Positions 23,901 to 37,323 of a stretch of DNA of 64,000 nucleotides are shown here, in pieces. The position numbers and the translations under genes are program-made. Every line of letters begins with the position of its first letter. Positions within the stretch are counted from its first letter, which is position 1. The DNA is taken from positions 219,542,001 to 219,606,000 of the forward strand of contig NC_067402.1 of NCBI RefSeq assembly GCF_016432865.1, given 5' to 3'. Source of the stretch: Antechinus flavipes. Its lineage: Eukaryota. The notes below the pieces were generated by a model that saw only the letters and a program-made list of their open reading frames with translations, was not told the DNA's origin and searched no databases.

Positions 23901-26900
23901 ATATCATCTTTCCTTATCTCTTCACTTCTTGGAAATAGAACACACAATCAAAAGGTTTTTTTGGGTTTTTTTTGAATTGCCTTCTGAAATGCTAAAGGAT
24001 AGGCTGGAGTTCAGTAAAGGTTGACTAAAACTTAGAAATAGTTTAAGAGGAGTTTCAAAGCCTGAGAATAATTGTACAAAAAGGTAGGACAGGAAGCTTT
24101 GGAAAAAAAGAGGTTGACATTGGGGAAATCTAGTCTGGTAGAGTTTGTAAGGACTATCCCATTCCTTCCCTAGTTACTGGGGTCCCAGTACGATGTCCTA
24201 TTCGATCTTTTTCACACTTTATCTTGAACTCAATTATACTTTCCCCTTCCCAGCTCTCATTTTCCAGCAATTTTCAAATTCATTTTGTTGGTTTTCATCT
24301 TAGTTCAGCAGTTATTTTTATTGTTGGTCAAAGACTTTGTGGTTCCATGGACATCTTTTTTTCTTAAGTCACTTATCTATTCTCCAAGTTACTAGGCCTC
24401 ATTTGCTAAAAGCCTTGAAAGGCACTAGATTCCCCAATCCCTTACACTGCTCAGTGAACTAAAGATTTGAGTCCAATTCAACTCCATTCTTCCTGGTATA
24501 CCAGGATTCACATGGAGTTATCTGGCCTAAACTCTCTTGACCTGTCTCTGAACCTGAAGGAGCCTATAAAAACTGAAGGGAATTAGTTTTGTAGCTGTAA
24601 AGCTATATTTTTTGTGATTCTTTAGTTCCTTCCTCAGATAAACATGATGAAGCACAGAAGTTTTGTGGGATATGAAGAGTTCAAGGACTACTGGGAAAAG
24701 GAATCAACAAGGGCAGAACTTCCTTGATTTTGAACAAAGCTTATTTGCCCTTGTTTGGAGCTCTAACTTGAAACATAGAAGAACTGAAAGGAAAAGACTT
24801 TGACTGCTATAGAAGAAAGTAATTTTCCTCTTTCTAAGTTTCCAGTTAAAGAGAACTTGTGATGGTCAAAGTCATCTGGCTCCATTTGTCACAGAGTCAT
24901 CCCTTTTGAAGGTCTAGCCTCTATTCCTCCTATAGTTCAATTGTTTCATCTGTACTCCTTTGGAATGCTTCTATCCCAGTCCTATGGAGATTCTTGGTAG
25001 AGAGCCCTTGAATCTAAGGCTCAGTCCCTTGGTTCTTATTATTTTTGTCTTCAAATCGCCTGAATTGTGCTCATAGTAGACATTTATTGTTGTATATTGA
25101 TTTCCTTGCCTCAGAGAAGTTGCAGAACTCACTTAGGAGCAGTGGTGGAGATTAATAGAATATTAACATGGAAATTAGGCCAGTAATGCATAGTTTGCTT
25201 CCTAAACTGAGCAGATCCCAGCTAGGTTTGTAAGGCCAAACTACTGGGGTGGAGCAAAAGAATTCCTCTTTTCACTTTCTTCAGTGTCATGGCTTGGGGC
25301 ACTGACTGCCCCTATGGGAAGCTATAAATGCCTTAACCAACTGGCCTGCTTAGCTTCTCTATTCCTTCACAAGACTTTAGGAAATTAGCTTTTTTGTCCC
25401 CACACAAGGATTAGACATTAGGAATGGAGAAGCATAAACTGGATGGAAAGTATTTAGTGGAAGTATGGCCTGGATAATATATCCCACTTTAGAAATTGCT
25501 GGTTTGTGTTATGAGGATTCTTTCCCCCCAATTCCATATAGAATAAGAACTACATGAGAAGTGGTAGAATATTTTTAGCTCAGGCTGAGTTTTTGGAGTC
25601 ATTTATGTTTATGTGGGAGTGGGGGGGTGTGTGGAGAGTGTTATAACTTCTTTCTGCCCTTGTACCCCATATCTCTACCCTCAAATATTCTTGGGTTTCA
25701 ATTATGATGGCAGTTAGATCCAGGACAAAGCTAGACAACTCTGTCCTAACTGGCATAATGGGTAATGACTGGCTTTGCAGTATCTTCTAAAAATAAGGTT
25801 ATAAATGTCTTTAATGACAGTATCAATATTTTTCCATAACCATGATGAGGACTTAAAAGGCTTGGCACATTTAACTTCTGGCGTGAAGTTCTTTCAAAGT
25901 TAAAATCCTTTTACACTTTATATCTATGATCCTTTGATCTTTCTGGGTGCCTCTCGAATCATCTTGAGATAGAGGAGGCACAGCAAATCAAATTGTTGCA
26001 CTTGGAGTCAAGTTGACCTGAGTTTGAATGTGATCTCAGGTACCTAACTAGCTATGTGAACATGGACAAATTACTTATTGTCAGCCTATTGTTTTATTGT
26101 CTGTAAAATGGGGATAATAGCACCTACCTGACAAGGTTCTTGTGTGATTCAAATGAGATAATATGTATTTTACAAGTCTTAAAACATAAATGATGGCTAT
26201 TTTTTATAAAATGACAGGTTGGACTTGATCTCCAGGATCCCTTAGAACTTCAAATGTTCTGTGTGTAAGAAGAGGCTCTTGAGTCACATATTTCCATCCC
26301 CTATCCCATCCTTACAAACCCTAGAATCCAGCTTGAAAATGTTAGTCCTAAAATGGGTAAATTTCTGTTTTTGAACTCACAGACCACGTTAGGGCAAATG
26401 GTTTGGTTGCCTAGCAACCAACAAATTGACCAAATGGCCACATTGGTTTCATTTATGACTTTGGCAAGGCAGAAGTAAAAAAGCTTTAGGGAAAAGGGAG
26501 GCAGAGAAAGGGTATGGCTGAAATCATAGAATTTTAGAGCCGGAAAGGACCTTTGAGATGATCTAATTCCACTTCTTAAGAGAATTCTGATCCTCCTAGG
26601 GTAATCTTATTTTCCCCCAGGCACATAGAAGATTGTTTTCATCTAACTTGTCCCTGTTACTTTGTATCTTCTTTAACTTCCCTTCCTTTCCTGGGGAATT
26701 AATTTATTAGCTTAAAAAAAATTTTTTTTTTGAGGCAGGGAGAGATTGTGTCTTCCATAAGACTCTCTTGTAAACCTTAACTCAGAGCTCCTTCCTGATA
26801 CTCTTCCTGGTTTCCATAGTATTAAGCCAGTTGAGAGGGCTCCCTTGTAACAACTGTGAATATTATGCAATGGAATAGAGAATGTAATGGGAACACTAAA

Positions 26901-29900
26901 GGCATCTGATGTCTGAATGTTACTGCTGCTGCTTACTAATGTGTGATCACAATATGTATACAAGTCACATTTAATTTCCAGGAGCCTTTTCTTGTTCTAT
27001 AAAATCAAGCAACTAGATAGATCATCTTTAAGGTCCCTTCTAGTTCTAAATCCTATGAGTTTGGCTATAGGAGGAGAGCTTAGTGCTAAACTCTTTGACT
27101 TTATTATTTTTCTTTCAGGTTCAAGTGCTAGATTGGATCATGTGACCATCCCCAAACTCAAAAAACAAAACAAAACCCCAAAACATTAAAAAAAAAAACC
27201 CAAAAAGGGCCAATGGCTATTTCTGTCCTATGTCACTTAATTCAGAAACTGCCCCATGTCTTCATTTCCAGGCATCTTTTGGGAGACTGTCTTGTAAAGA
27301 ACTCCTCTGTAATTCTTTTAAGGCCTCCTTGTGCCCCTGATGATATCCCATCTCCCTCATTACCCCCAACCTTCTCGGATGACCAGTACAGAAACAAAGT
27401 TGTTCACATACACAGTGTGACATATACACAAAAGTAAATAAGTATAATATGTTCAAAGGGGGCACTAGCTTGATCCACATACTTGAAGCAGGGGAACATT
27501 CCCTAGCTCCTGTGTCTCTGAGCCCTGTCTTTAATAACCTCTTTGGGGGGGACAGGAAATTGAGACTCAAATAAGTTCATGTCCAAAAGAAAAAGAGCCT
27601 TAGATTCCCCCCATGGTCTTTATTTGGTAGGAATGGGGGTGTCTTCTAAGTATCCCCCAAGTTCAAGGCTCTACTTTCCCTTAGAACCTGTATTGGGAGA
27701 TCAAATGATGCCCCTACTCCTTGTCTGGCCCCTTGGCCTGAGATCAAGTGTTTAATTTTGGAGGAGTCATCTTCTGATTTTGAGCCTCTCTGGTTCTCCC
27801 CTCCCTTCCCACCATGATGGTGATGCGTAGTTTTTCTTGGATTGGGGTAGTAAGTATAGTAAAGAACAGGACTGGAGAGAAAAGACTGGAGAACTTGCCA
27901 AGATTCGGAGTAAGGTGAAAAGGAACATCACCTCTTCCCCCAAAAGTCTTTTTTCTCCTCCAGGGAATGGGGGAAAGGTTACCAAGGCTCCCATAGTCCC
28001 TTCCCCAAGGAAAGATAATCAAGTTCCTTTGGCTCCTGCACCCTCCCCAGGGCAGGCTAGAATTTGGGCCTTCAGAATAAGTTTCCCAACAAAAGTAAAT
28101 CTGGTGCCTTTGACTTTGGCCCAGGTCTTGTCCCCAGCAAGGCCCTTGGTCATCTACAGGACTAAAGAGGGCCCCAGGAATCCTAAGTGAAAAATGAACC
28201 AGTGGAGGCAGTCATATATATAGAATTTCCTCATCTCCTTGTCATTGTCAAGGGACCTGTTTTGTGACTTACTACAATCCATCAGACCTTAAAAACTCCC
28301 TGCAGCCCTCAACATCCCTCCATCATCTGGCCTGGCCCCTCCCTTGCTCCCCCAAATATTGAGAGGTATTTCATGTCCGTAAAGTGCCCATGGTAAGTGC
28401 TCAGGATTCATCTCTTTGCTTTAGCTGCTTGCTGCTTCTGTTCCACCAAGAAGGGGGAACTGAGGCATGGGGGGGGGGGGAAGGGGAAAAAAGGATAAGT
28501 GGGATGGGAATGCAGAGTTAGGGATTGGGAATTGGGAGAGAGGACAGAATGACTTGTTCTTGGAACCCATCTCCCCCTACTCTGCTTTAAAACTAGCCAG
28601 TCATGCTCCATCCACACCACATACTTTCTGATGTGTCCACTCCTTTGTTCTACCAGGTATTATTGGTTTTCAAAAAAACCCCACAAAAACTTCCTAATTA
28701 GAGTTAACAGACACGTCTTTCATGTCTTCCCCTTCCCTGCTTGCCCTGAGCTTGTGGGACTTGGAATACTTCTCTCTCCATAATTTCTCCTTCCCTTGGT
28801 CTGTTAAGCAACCCTCCAATTCCCAGCTCAGGGCAGTTATTTTTATTTAAATTCTTTAGAACCTTCAATGAGAACCATCATTGTCTCCTCCTTGCCTCCC
28901 AGTTCCTCAACTAGTATAGATCCTGTTTTCTCTCCCTCAAGAACCCTGGGAACTCAAGGATCTCTAGTTTCAAGCTATGGCCCTTTTACAAACCTGAAAA
29001 TGGCAAGGGAAAGAGGGATACCACAGGCTCTTTGGTGTTTCTTAGCTAGGGGGGGCATTTATGAACTTTGGCCAGTCACTGCCTTCCAGTTATATCAATG
29101 AACAGGAAAAGTGTAAATCTTGGAGTCATCTTTTGTCAACTTGGATATTTTGGGGCTTTGCTTGTTCCCCCTCCCTTCCTTACCTACTATGTTCCCCTTT
29201 CTGGGCCTTCCTTGTCTAGCACCACTGGCTCTATAATTAAACTTGAAGGTGAGCTGTGTGGGGAATTCAGACTCCCTCTGCCCTAATTTCCCAAACCTGG
29301 ATGTTTTTTATACAAGTGCTTGGGTGGGTGGGTATTGGGGTATATAGCAGGGTTCCATGGTTTAAGGAGTAAAATAGGGCACAATTGAAGAAGGGGAGGG
29401 GGAATTTCAGAATCTCTATGTAAAGCCAAACACCAGAAATGAAAAGAAAAATCACAATAAATAAATAAATAAAATGTCGAAATCCTTCCCACTTTTTGCC
29501 ATCCCCAACTTCTACCTCCTTTTCCCCTGTCCACTAAGGGAGGGACGGAGATCTGGGCCTGGGTTTAATACCCTTTTCCTCCTTCATAGGCCATGGTGCA
29601 TGCATAGGCATGTCTCACATTACACCAAACCAAACTAGGCCCAAAGAAAAAAAAAAGTTGGTATGAGGCTCACTCTCTGTCCCCATTATTTCTCCCTTGG
29701 TTTCATCTTTGCCTAGTCTCTCTTCTGCCTCTTTTATCCCTTTGTCCTGCTTACACTCTTCTATCCTTGTCCTTCTGCCTGTCTCTATCTCTGTCTCTAC
29801 TTCGCTCTCTCCCTCTATTTCTTCTTTCCACACACCCTCACCTGCAAAATCCCAAACACTCCCCAACTTGCCCATTGCCTTTCCCCCCACAAATCCCTCA

Positions 29901-30086
29901 CCCCTCTTGTCTCTATCCCCCTACCTTCCTCTGCTGTATTGCACACTGCTTGGGGTGGGATGGGGAATAGGACATTTTGTTTAAGAGGGGTTGGGGAGGA
30001 GCTCTAGGGCCTGGGTTGGGGGGAGGGTCAGGGCTAGGGATCCAGGGAGGGGTTTGTGGGGGAGAGGGGTCCTCTCATCCTCCACC

Positions 30087-30467
30087 TTAAGAGCAGCCAC
30101 AGCGATCCACCACCATGCCGGGGATCTTGCCGTAGATAATCTGCTGCTTATCATTAAAATAGAGCATGTTGATGGGGGACATCTTGGTGGGAGTACAACA
30201 AGGCCCGGCTGAACCTCGGGGATTAGCCTGCTGCACCAGGTGGGTATGTGGGTACTTCTGCATGAACATATACTCGCATTGGCCAGAACAGTAGTTGGCC
30301 TTGTAGCGTTTGGGTGCGATGATCCAGTCCCAGCCGAAGGCCTCAAAGTCCACAGTGAGTGGGTATCGGCAGCACCGGGACTCACTCGAATGCTCATCAC
30401 AGTCGAGGCCCAGATTCCTCCTGGACCGTTTTGTGTTTTCCAGCACATGAAGCTCCATAAATGGGTG
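30087..30467 (-). CDS. GDF11: GDF11 exon 3: RSRR furin site and mature TGF-beta domain
   Basis: Acceptor ctttctcAG, 381 nt: [126 protein letters not shown]. The [14 protein letters not shown] and QCEYMFM residues are GDF11-type rather than myostatin-type. Confidence 0.98.
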   Translation of the reverse strand, partial: HPFMELHVLENTKRSRRNLGLDCDEHSSESRCCRYPLTVDFEAFGWDWIIAPKRYKANYCSGQCEYMFMQKYPHTHLVQQANPRGSAGPCCTPTKMSPINMLYFNDKQQIIYGKIPGMVVDRCGCS

Positions 30468-31301
30468 CTGAGAAAGCCGAGAAAAATAATGTCACAATGG
30501 GGGACTTCCTAGGGCAGTTCCTGCCTTCTAATCTCTTCAATTTCTATTTTGCCATCAATTCTCAGTGGAATATTGCAACCCCATCCTGGACACCTGAAGA
30601 ATGAATATGTGCTTACAGGTACCACACCCTCCAGTCTTTTTCTTAGTCCCTAAATAATCATCCTTAACCCCTACTAATAGGAATTAGCAAACCCCCATTA
30701 ACTAAACCGGTTTTGTTCCTTGAACTCTCCTCTGGCTATCCCTGGCTCCTTCCCTAAATTTACCAGTCAAGTCTTGGGTCTAAACTACTCCAACAGTAAT
30801 ATCAAATCACAGAATATAAAGTAGAACAAGGGAGATCTGAGAGATCATCTTATTTCAATCACTTTCATTTTACAGATGATGGAACTGAAGCCAAAAATAA
30901 GGAAAATTTGCCTAAAGATTGGAGTGTAAAACCAGATCTTAATGACCCAAAACTAGCTAACTTTATCCACAAATTTCTTTTTTAATTTGTGCTCAAACCT
31001 AAATTCTTTCTAAGCAGCCACTGTGATCCTAAATTTGAAACCCTTCTCCACTAATCATATATGGTTCCTCCCAAAAATCTTTTCTCTAAGTGTTAATATT
31101 TTATTTTCTCTGCCCTCATTAACTTTAGCCCCATAATACATCTTTTTTCCAGTGATCCTCTTTTGTGAATTCCTTTCTTTTTTCACTTTTTTCCCCCAGC
31201 AACTCCCCCCCCCCATTCTACTCTATTACCCCCTCAAAGTAGGATTTCCTATATAGCCAAACCTTCATTCCCTCCCCCTTCCCCCCACTTGCAGTGCTCA
31301 C

Positions 31302-31699
31302 CAGCCCTTCAGCCCCTGGCCCCAGGGAGGTAACAGCCAGGTCAGTGCCACTGGGATCGAAAGCGTTGATCTCAATGCCCCAGTTACTTTGTGGCTGGCG
31401 GAACCAACTGTGTAGCACCTGCTTGAAGTCGATGCTCTGCCAGTGGCCTGATCTTGAGTGCAACTCGATCTTGAGGGATCGGATCCGGATGTGGCGCCGC
31501 CCCCCACCCCCACTTCCTGCAGTTCCTTCCCCACCAAGGGGCTTGAGGCGAAGGATTTGCAGGTATACGGTGGCAGGGCGGGGTACTGGCCTCAAGTACA
31601 CCCACAGCTGGGCCTTCAGCACCTTTGTGAACATCACTTTGGGGCTGAAGTGGAAGTGGCAACAATGGGGGCTGCCATCTGTCTGCACGGCAGGGTCCG
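31302..31699 (-). CDS. GDF11: GDF11 exon 2 (prodomain)
   Basis: Acceptor cctcttcAG and donor GTgagc. 398 nt, phase 1 to 0: (T)DPAVQTDGSPHCCHFHFSPKVMFTKVLKAQLWVYLR...DLAVTSLGPGAEGL. Confidence 0.97.
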
Positions 31700-32282
31700 C
31701 TGAAGAGGGGAGGAGGAGAGTACAGAAGCAGTCAGGGATGAGGGGGAGGGAGAGCTTTGGAGCAAGACAAGGGGGTCAGGGGCCTGAAGCAGAGCTCCTG
31801 GCCATCCCCCTCCCCCTCCCTCCTCTTCCCTCCCTTCTCCTCTTAGAGATCATGGGCATTTTGATTCTGGCTGAACTCTTATAGCCTTCCTAATTCTTCT
31901 TAATCACAGGATTCCTGGAGTGGTCTCTACCTATTCCCTTAACCTTCAGGCGGAATGGTTTCTTTTCTCAGCTGGGGCTCTCACCTCACTTTCAATCTGG
32001 AAGCTTTATTTCTTTTTCACTCTTTGACCACTGCTCTCTAACGTGCCCTATATCCTAAAGATCTTTCTTGCTCTTGTTACAACTTGAGGTCATCCCTTTC
32101 ATTCTGTTCTCATGGGAAATGGAAAACAGGGGCAGTCAAACATTTGTCAAAGCAACTGAGGCTGTGTTTGAGCATTGTGCTAGAGACACACAGAGGTAAG
32201 TTCTTTACACAGTAGGATGGGGAGGAAATTTTTTTTTTTTTTTTTAGTGGAGTAGGGGGAGAAGACCTCAGCTTCTCATCCT

Positions 32283-32287
<5 letters not shown>

Positions 32288-32318
<31 letters not shown>
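32288..32318. repeat. (GT)n microsatellite in GDF11 intron 1
   Basis: Read directly from the sequence. Confidence 0.95.
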
Positions 32319-32319
<1 letters not shown>

Positions 32320-35300
32320 TATTCCTCAGGTTTATTGTAAGGCTTGAAGTCCTTTATAAAAGGGAAGGAGGGCTGCAGTTCCGTGTGAATAAGCCATTAG
32401 TAGTAGCAACATTAAGATTTCACAAAGCACTTTACAAGATACATATATCTATAGATTTTGTTTGATCTATAAAACATTAGAATTCAAACTTTTTGCCTTT
32501 GCCAAAATTTGCCAAAAATTTCCCATCCTTATATGCCAAGACTAGTTTCTTGTCTCTATCCCTTATTTCATTGTTTGGAAATGGGGCAGAGCAGATCATC
32601 TTCATCTTTCCTTCCTTGCCCACTTAGCAACACCAACATTCATTTTAGGGATTAGGTTCTTAAATAGCTTTCACATCCTTTGCTTACAGAAAGGGCAACC
32701 CTTAAAACCAGTTCAGTGCCAGATACTATAATTCCAGACCATTTCCCTCTGGTATCCAAGGGAGATAGGGAACAATTATTCCTATCAGAAGATTAGATCA
32801 TAATGGATCTATCATTTCATTGGGTTTTGAAAAAGAGTTCCCAGAATAAGAGTGAGGTATCTCTCCTTTGCCTTTTTTAATCCCTAGATTGCCTCCAGAT
32901 CATATAAGAATCACCATTCCAGAGACAGATAAGGAAATAAGACATAAAAAAAGATCCAGGAGGGTGAATTATGTTTTTATGTGTATATATATGTATGTAT
33001 GTATATATACACATATATACATATATGTAGAGAGAGAGAGGAACAATTAAATCTCTTCCATCACTTTTGTTGAGTGACTTACTCTTCCTGGTCCAGGAAG
33101 TGGGGGGTGTCACGAGAATGGAAAAGAGGTGCATAATTTTGTTACAAATCTCAAGAGTTTTCTGCCTCAGCAACTAGAATTTGCTTATGTGTCTTCCTTA
33201 GTAACCAAGACAACATGCTTAATATGATATAAATTCCCCAGAGTGGGGAAATTGGAAGTTGGAGGGGGTGACTAGACTAGAACAAACAAACTTTTCCTTA
33301 TGCTTCCATAACTTTTCAAGTTAAACAACTCAAATCGAGAGATTGTCAGAAAAGTCCTTGTCAGTGGAAGGAGGGAAAAAAGAGGGGGCACCTGAGCTTA
33401 ATGGGGGAAAAGAGAAAAGTGACCTTTGATGTACCACCTGAGTGGTACTGTTTGTTAGTCCCCTCCTTAAAGCTGCCAGCAAAGGACACTCAGGTATCTT
33501 CCCATAAAAGCACTCTCTTCAAATGTAGCATCTCTGCTTGGGTCCCCTTGAGCTGTCCAACAGTCAGTGAGAGCTGGGAGCCAGGACTAGGTTTTATTTC
33601 TCCATGCTTCTGATTCCTTTCATTAGGCAGTCTAGAATAGAACTCCTGACTGCTTGTAGCATTTCCCCTCACCCCTTTATATGTAAGCCTCCCTTCTTTA
33701 AGGTGTGCAATTATGGGACTGCAGAACACAGCTCTGGGGAAATAGGGAGGGAAAGAGGGGAGAGAAGAAATGGATAAGGAGAGCTATGAGTGTGAGACAG
33801 TGATGATATTGGGGAGACAGCGAAAGGGAGAGATAGGAGAGAGAGTAAGAGAGCTCTGGACTCAGAAATTTTGGCAAAAAGAGCCGCGGTTAAGGTAGAA
33901 TAAGAAAATCAGAGGAGAAAGAGGCAGTGGTGATAGAAAATGGGAAACAAGGGAAAAGTGGGAAAGGGGAGAGAGAGGCAACCTGAGTTTAGTGGGGGAA
34001 AGAATAAAGGGGGAGATAAGGGACAAAGCACAACACATGGGGGGCAGATTGGGGAGCAGCCGGGAGTCCCCGATACACTTACAGCCCTAGGCAGTGGGGA
34101 GGGGGCAACATCTGTGTTGCATTGAGCTGTTTGGTAACAGGCAGCAGCGGGTCAGGTTTAGTAGGCGGCGCTGGGGTAGGGGGGGGGCGCGGTCGGCAGC
34201 GAGGTCACCGCACTATTTTCAGCTAGAGCCCATCCCCCTTCCTCGCCCCCCCACCCAATGCACGCTGGACAGGGGCCCAGAGGGCCTGGGGGCAGAGGGG
34301 GCAGGTTAGAGGTTTGAGGTGGGGGAGGTGAGATCTCACTCTGTTCCTTGCTTGAGAGAATTGACTGGAGGGGTTGAAGCTGGGGGTTGAAGAGGCTATA
34401 GTGGGGCTCTAAGGTCGGGCACAGGAGGTTGGGAGAGGTGGGGGCTGGGGTCCAGGGTTGAGTGCCCGGCTGGGGTTGGGGGAGGGGAAGGAAGGGGGGA
34501 GGGGAGGTTCTCTGCTGACAAACACCTCCCCTGATTAGCGGAGCACAAGTCTCTTATTAAAGCCGGTCCCTGGGGATTAGACTATAAAAGTCTCTTTTTC
34601 CTTTTCCCCTCTCTCTTCCCTCCCTTCTCCACACTCCCCCTCCCTTCTCAAGATCCCTGGCTCGCTCTTAAAGGGGACGTACTATACCCCCCGGTCCACC
34701 TCTGGGCCCCTAAGTTCTGTTTTAGGGTGGGATGGGGTTTGCAGGGGCTGAGGGTTGGGGGGAAATGCTTGTTTCATCCTCCCTCTCCCCTTCAAAACTG
34801 CTGCCTTCCTTTCTCCGTGGTCTAGTCATTTCTGATCCCCAGTGCCAGGTACCTTAAAACTCCTTTAGTAGGGGATGCCTAAAGAAGTTTTAAACTCCTC
34901 CAAAACCAATAACTATACATTCTGAGACCCCTAATTCAGCTGCGAAGGTCGAATTCCTCTGCCAATGCCACAAGGAACAAGGTTTCTAAATTCCTCTGGC
35001 TAAATTGCTCTCCTCCTACCCCTCCCCCCCTTTCCTGCCTGGGTCCTCTAACTATCCCTGCGTTTTTTATTCTGGACCCCATTATTCTTATTCCCACTTG
35101 AAGCCCCCCTAAAGTCTTGACTCTGAAGAGGATACTGGGTCATTCTGGGAAGTATAGAAAAATTATTATGCTATAGAGGGAAAGGTAAAACTTAGTTAAG
35201 GTGAGGCCCTTGGATCATTTAACACTCAGTGCCACCTATTTAATAGGGGGCATTTTTCTATATGCCAGACCCTCCCTCACCCCCAACCCTTTTACAACCA

Positions 35301-36929
35301 TCTGCCTATAAACCAGTCCCCCCTTCTGTTCAGAGGTCATAAAACCAAATAGTCTTGGGGGGGGGAGCCAACTCCCAGGGGACAGGAGGGGGCTGGGCCC
35401 CCTGGAGTTTGGGGGGAGACCTGACTGGGGGAGGGGCAGCAGGGATCACATGATCCCCTAGGGATGGGAGGTGGGAGAAGCATTGGCCTGGATTTTCCAG
35501 GTCATAAAATTTCAAAGCCACAAGTCTATTAACATGTTCACCTTCCGCTCCCCCAGGCAGCCAAGAACTAGGATGCTGGGTGCTCCCCCACTCCCAATCT
35601 CTTGCCATCTTTTCCATCCCTTTTCTGAGATTCTTGAGTCCCTCACTAAATTTCTATATTCTCATGCTCTCCGAAAGTGGGAGGGAGAACATCTTCAGAA
35701 GTTTGACCAGGGATATAGACTAGAGATTCCTTCCTTACTCAGCCAATAGTGGATGGGACCTTCGCATTCTCATAGTGCCTGAGGAATTGGCAGGTCAAAT
35801 CGGATTCAATCCTCATACTAACTTTGGGGGTTGATAGTGAAGAAATCAGGGGAGAGATTCTAGAACTCGGGTGTCCACGGTGGGAGAGAAGCAGATGCCA
35901 TATGGGTTCTAGAAGATTTTCAAAGGTTTGACTCAGGTGGGCATGCCTAAGTTGAAAATTTGGAGGCACTCTAGAGTCATGATAATATTATGCAGAGGCA
36001 GGAGCTGTATTTGGGGCGCCTACCATAGGAATTCAATTTGAAATTAGAACACATTTGAATTTTGAATCCTGACTCTGCTTAACACATGGTATACAAAATA
36101 ATGCAAATAACTTCAAATTAATTTCTCTACTTCACAGTCACTTGTAAAATTGTGGGGGAGGGAAGAGGAGAGGAATCATATTCTTTCCAACTCGAACTGA
36201 TTTTTTGAATGTTAGAATTATCTCTCACTACCCCCAGCTCCCCACACTACAGGAGAGGTTGGGTTTAAGGCCAGAGTTTAAAAAGAGGGCTGTTGGCAGG
36301 AGAGCTTTGATAAGACCCCTCTGCTATCCTAAGCTAGAAAACTTGATTAAAACGCTCCATCTTTATATATTCTCTTTTCAATTCTCCTGGTGTATACGTG
36401 TGTGTATGTGTGTAGGGGTGAGTGGGTGGGGGAACAATATCCAAAAAGCACACTGCTGGGAGGCATCACTATCACTCCCCCACAAACTTGGCCCCAAACT
36501 TTCAGGTGCTCCCTCTGTGATTAGTGTGGATCGGAATAGGAGAAAAGGAAGGGAAGTTTAGGGACCCAGGGGTCCTAGCCAGAGCGGAGTGGGAGGGATG
36601 GCGTCCCTATACTTCTTGGGGTCCCTCGCTGACCCTACCCCTGGCTTCGATTCGAGGGCAGGGATATCATCTGAGGGCTTGAGTTGATGATGGCTTTTGA
36701 ACCATTTGGAAGGCAAATTTGGGACACACAGTTCAAGTTGCTATCTTCCTCAGTCAGGGGACCCAGGTGTCAGGTTGGAGGGACTTCTTGTCCGGGCAGC
36801 GGCGTAACTCGACTACCTTAGGTCCGCTTCCCTTCGATCCTCCCTCCCTCCCTCCCATCCCACACTTAGTTCTCCTTTCTAAAAATCTCCGGGTATGGAG
36901 ACCCAAGGCGCCGGGCCGAGATCACTTAC

Positions 36930-37323
36930 TTTCCTGGGCCATGCTGATTACGGTCTCGGTGGTGGCGTGGTACTCGTCCTCCTCCAGGAAGTCCTCGGGC
37001 TGCAGCGCGTCGCCTTGGAAGTCGTGTAGGTCCAGTATCTCCTGCAGGGGGGGCGCCTTGGGCAGGAGCTGCTTCACCACCTCGCGGCTGATGTTGGGCG
37101 CTTCCTTCAGCCTCAGTTTGCTCAGGATCTGCGACTTGATGCTCTCCAGCCTCAGCTCCTTGCTGTGCTGGCGCCACACGCACACCGGGCAACCCTCCGG
37201 CTCCTCGGACGCCTGGGTCCCGCGCTCCCCGCCGGCCGCCGGGCCCTCGGCCGCCTCCCCCCGGGGCCGCAGCTCCAGGGCGAGGAGCAGGAGGCAGAAG
37301 AGCACTGGGGCCGCGGGCACCAT
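36930..37323 (-). CDS. GDF11: GDF11 exon 1 (signal peptide and prodomain N-terminus)
   Basis: ATG at 37323 and donor GTaagt at 36929. 394 nt: [35 protein letters not shown]...[35 protein letters not shown]...[12 protein letters not shown]...MAQE. The three exons total 1173 nt (390 aa plus stop). Confidence 0.97.
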
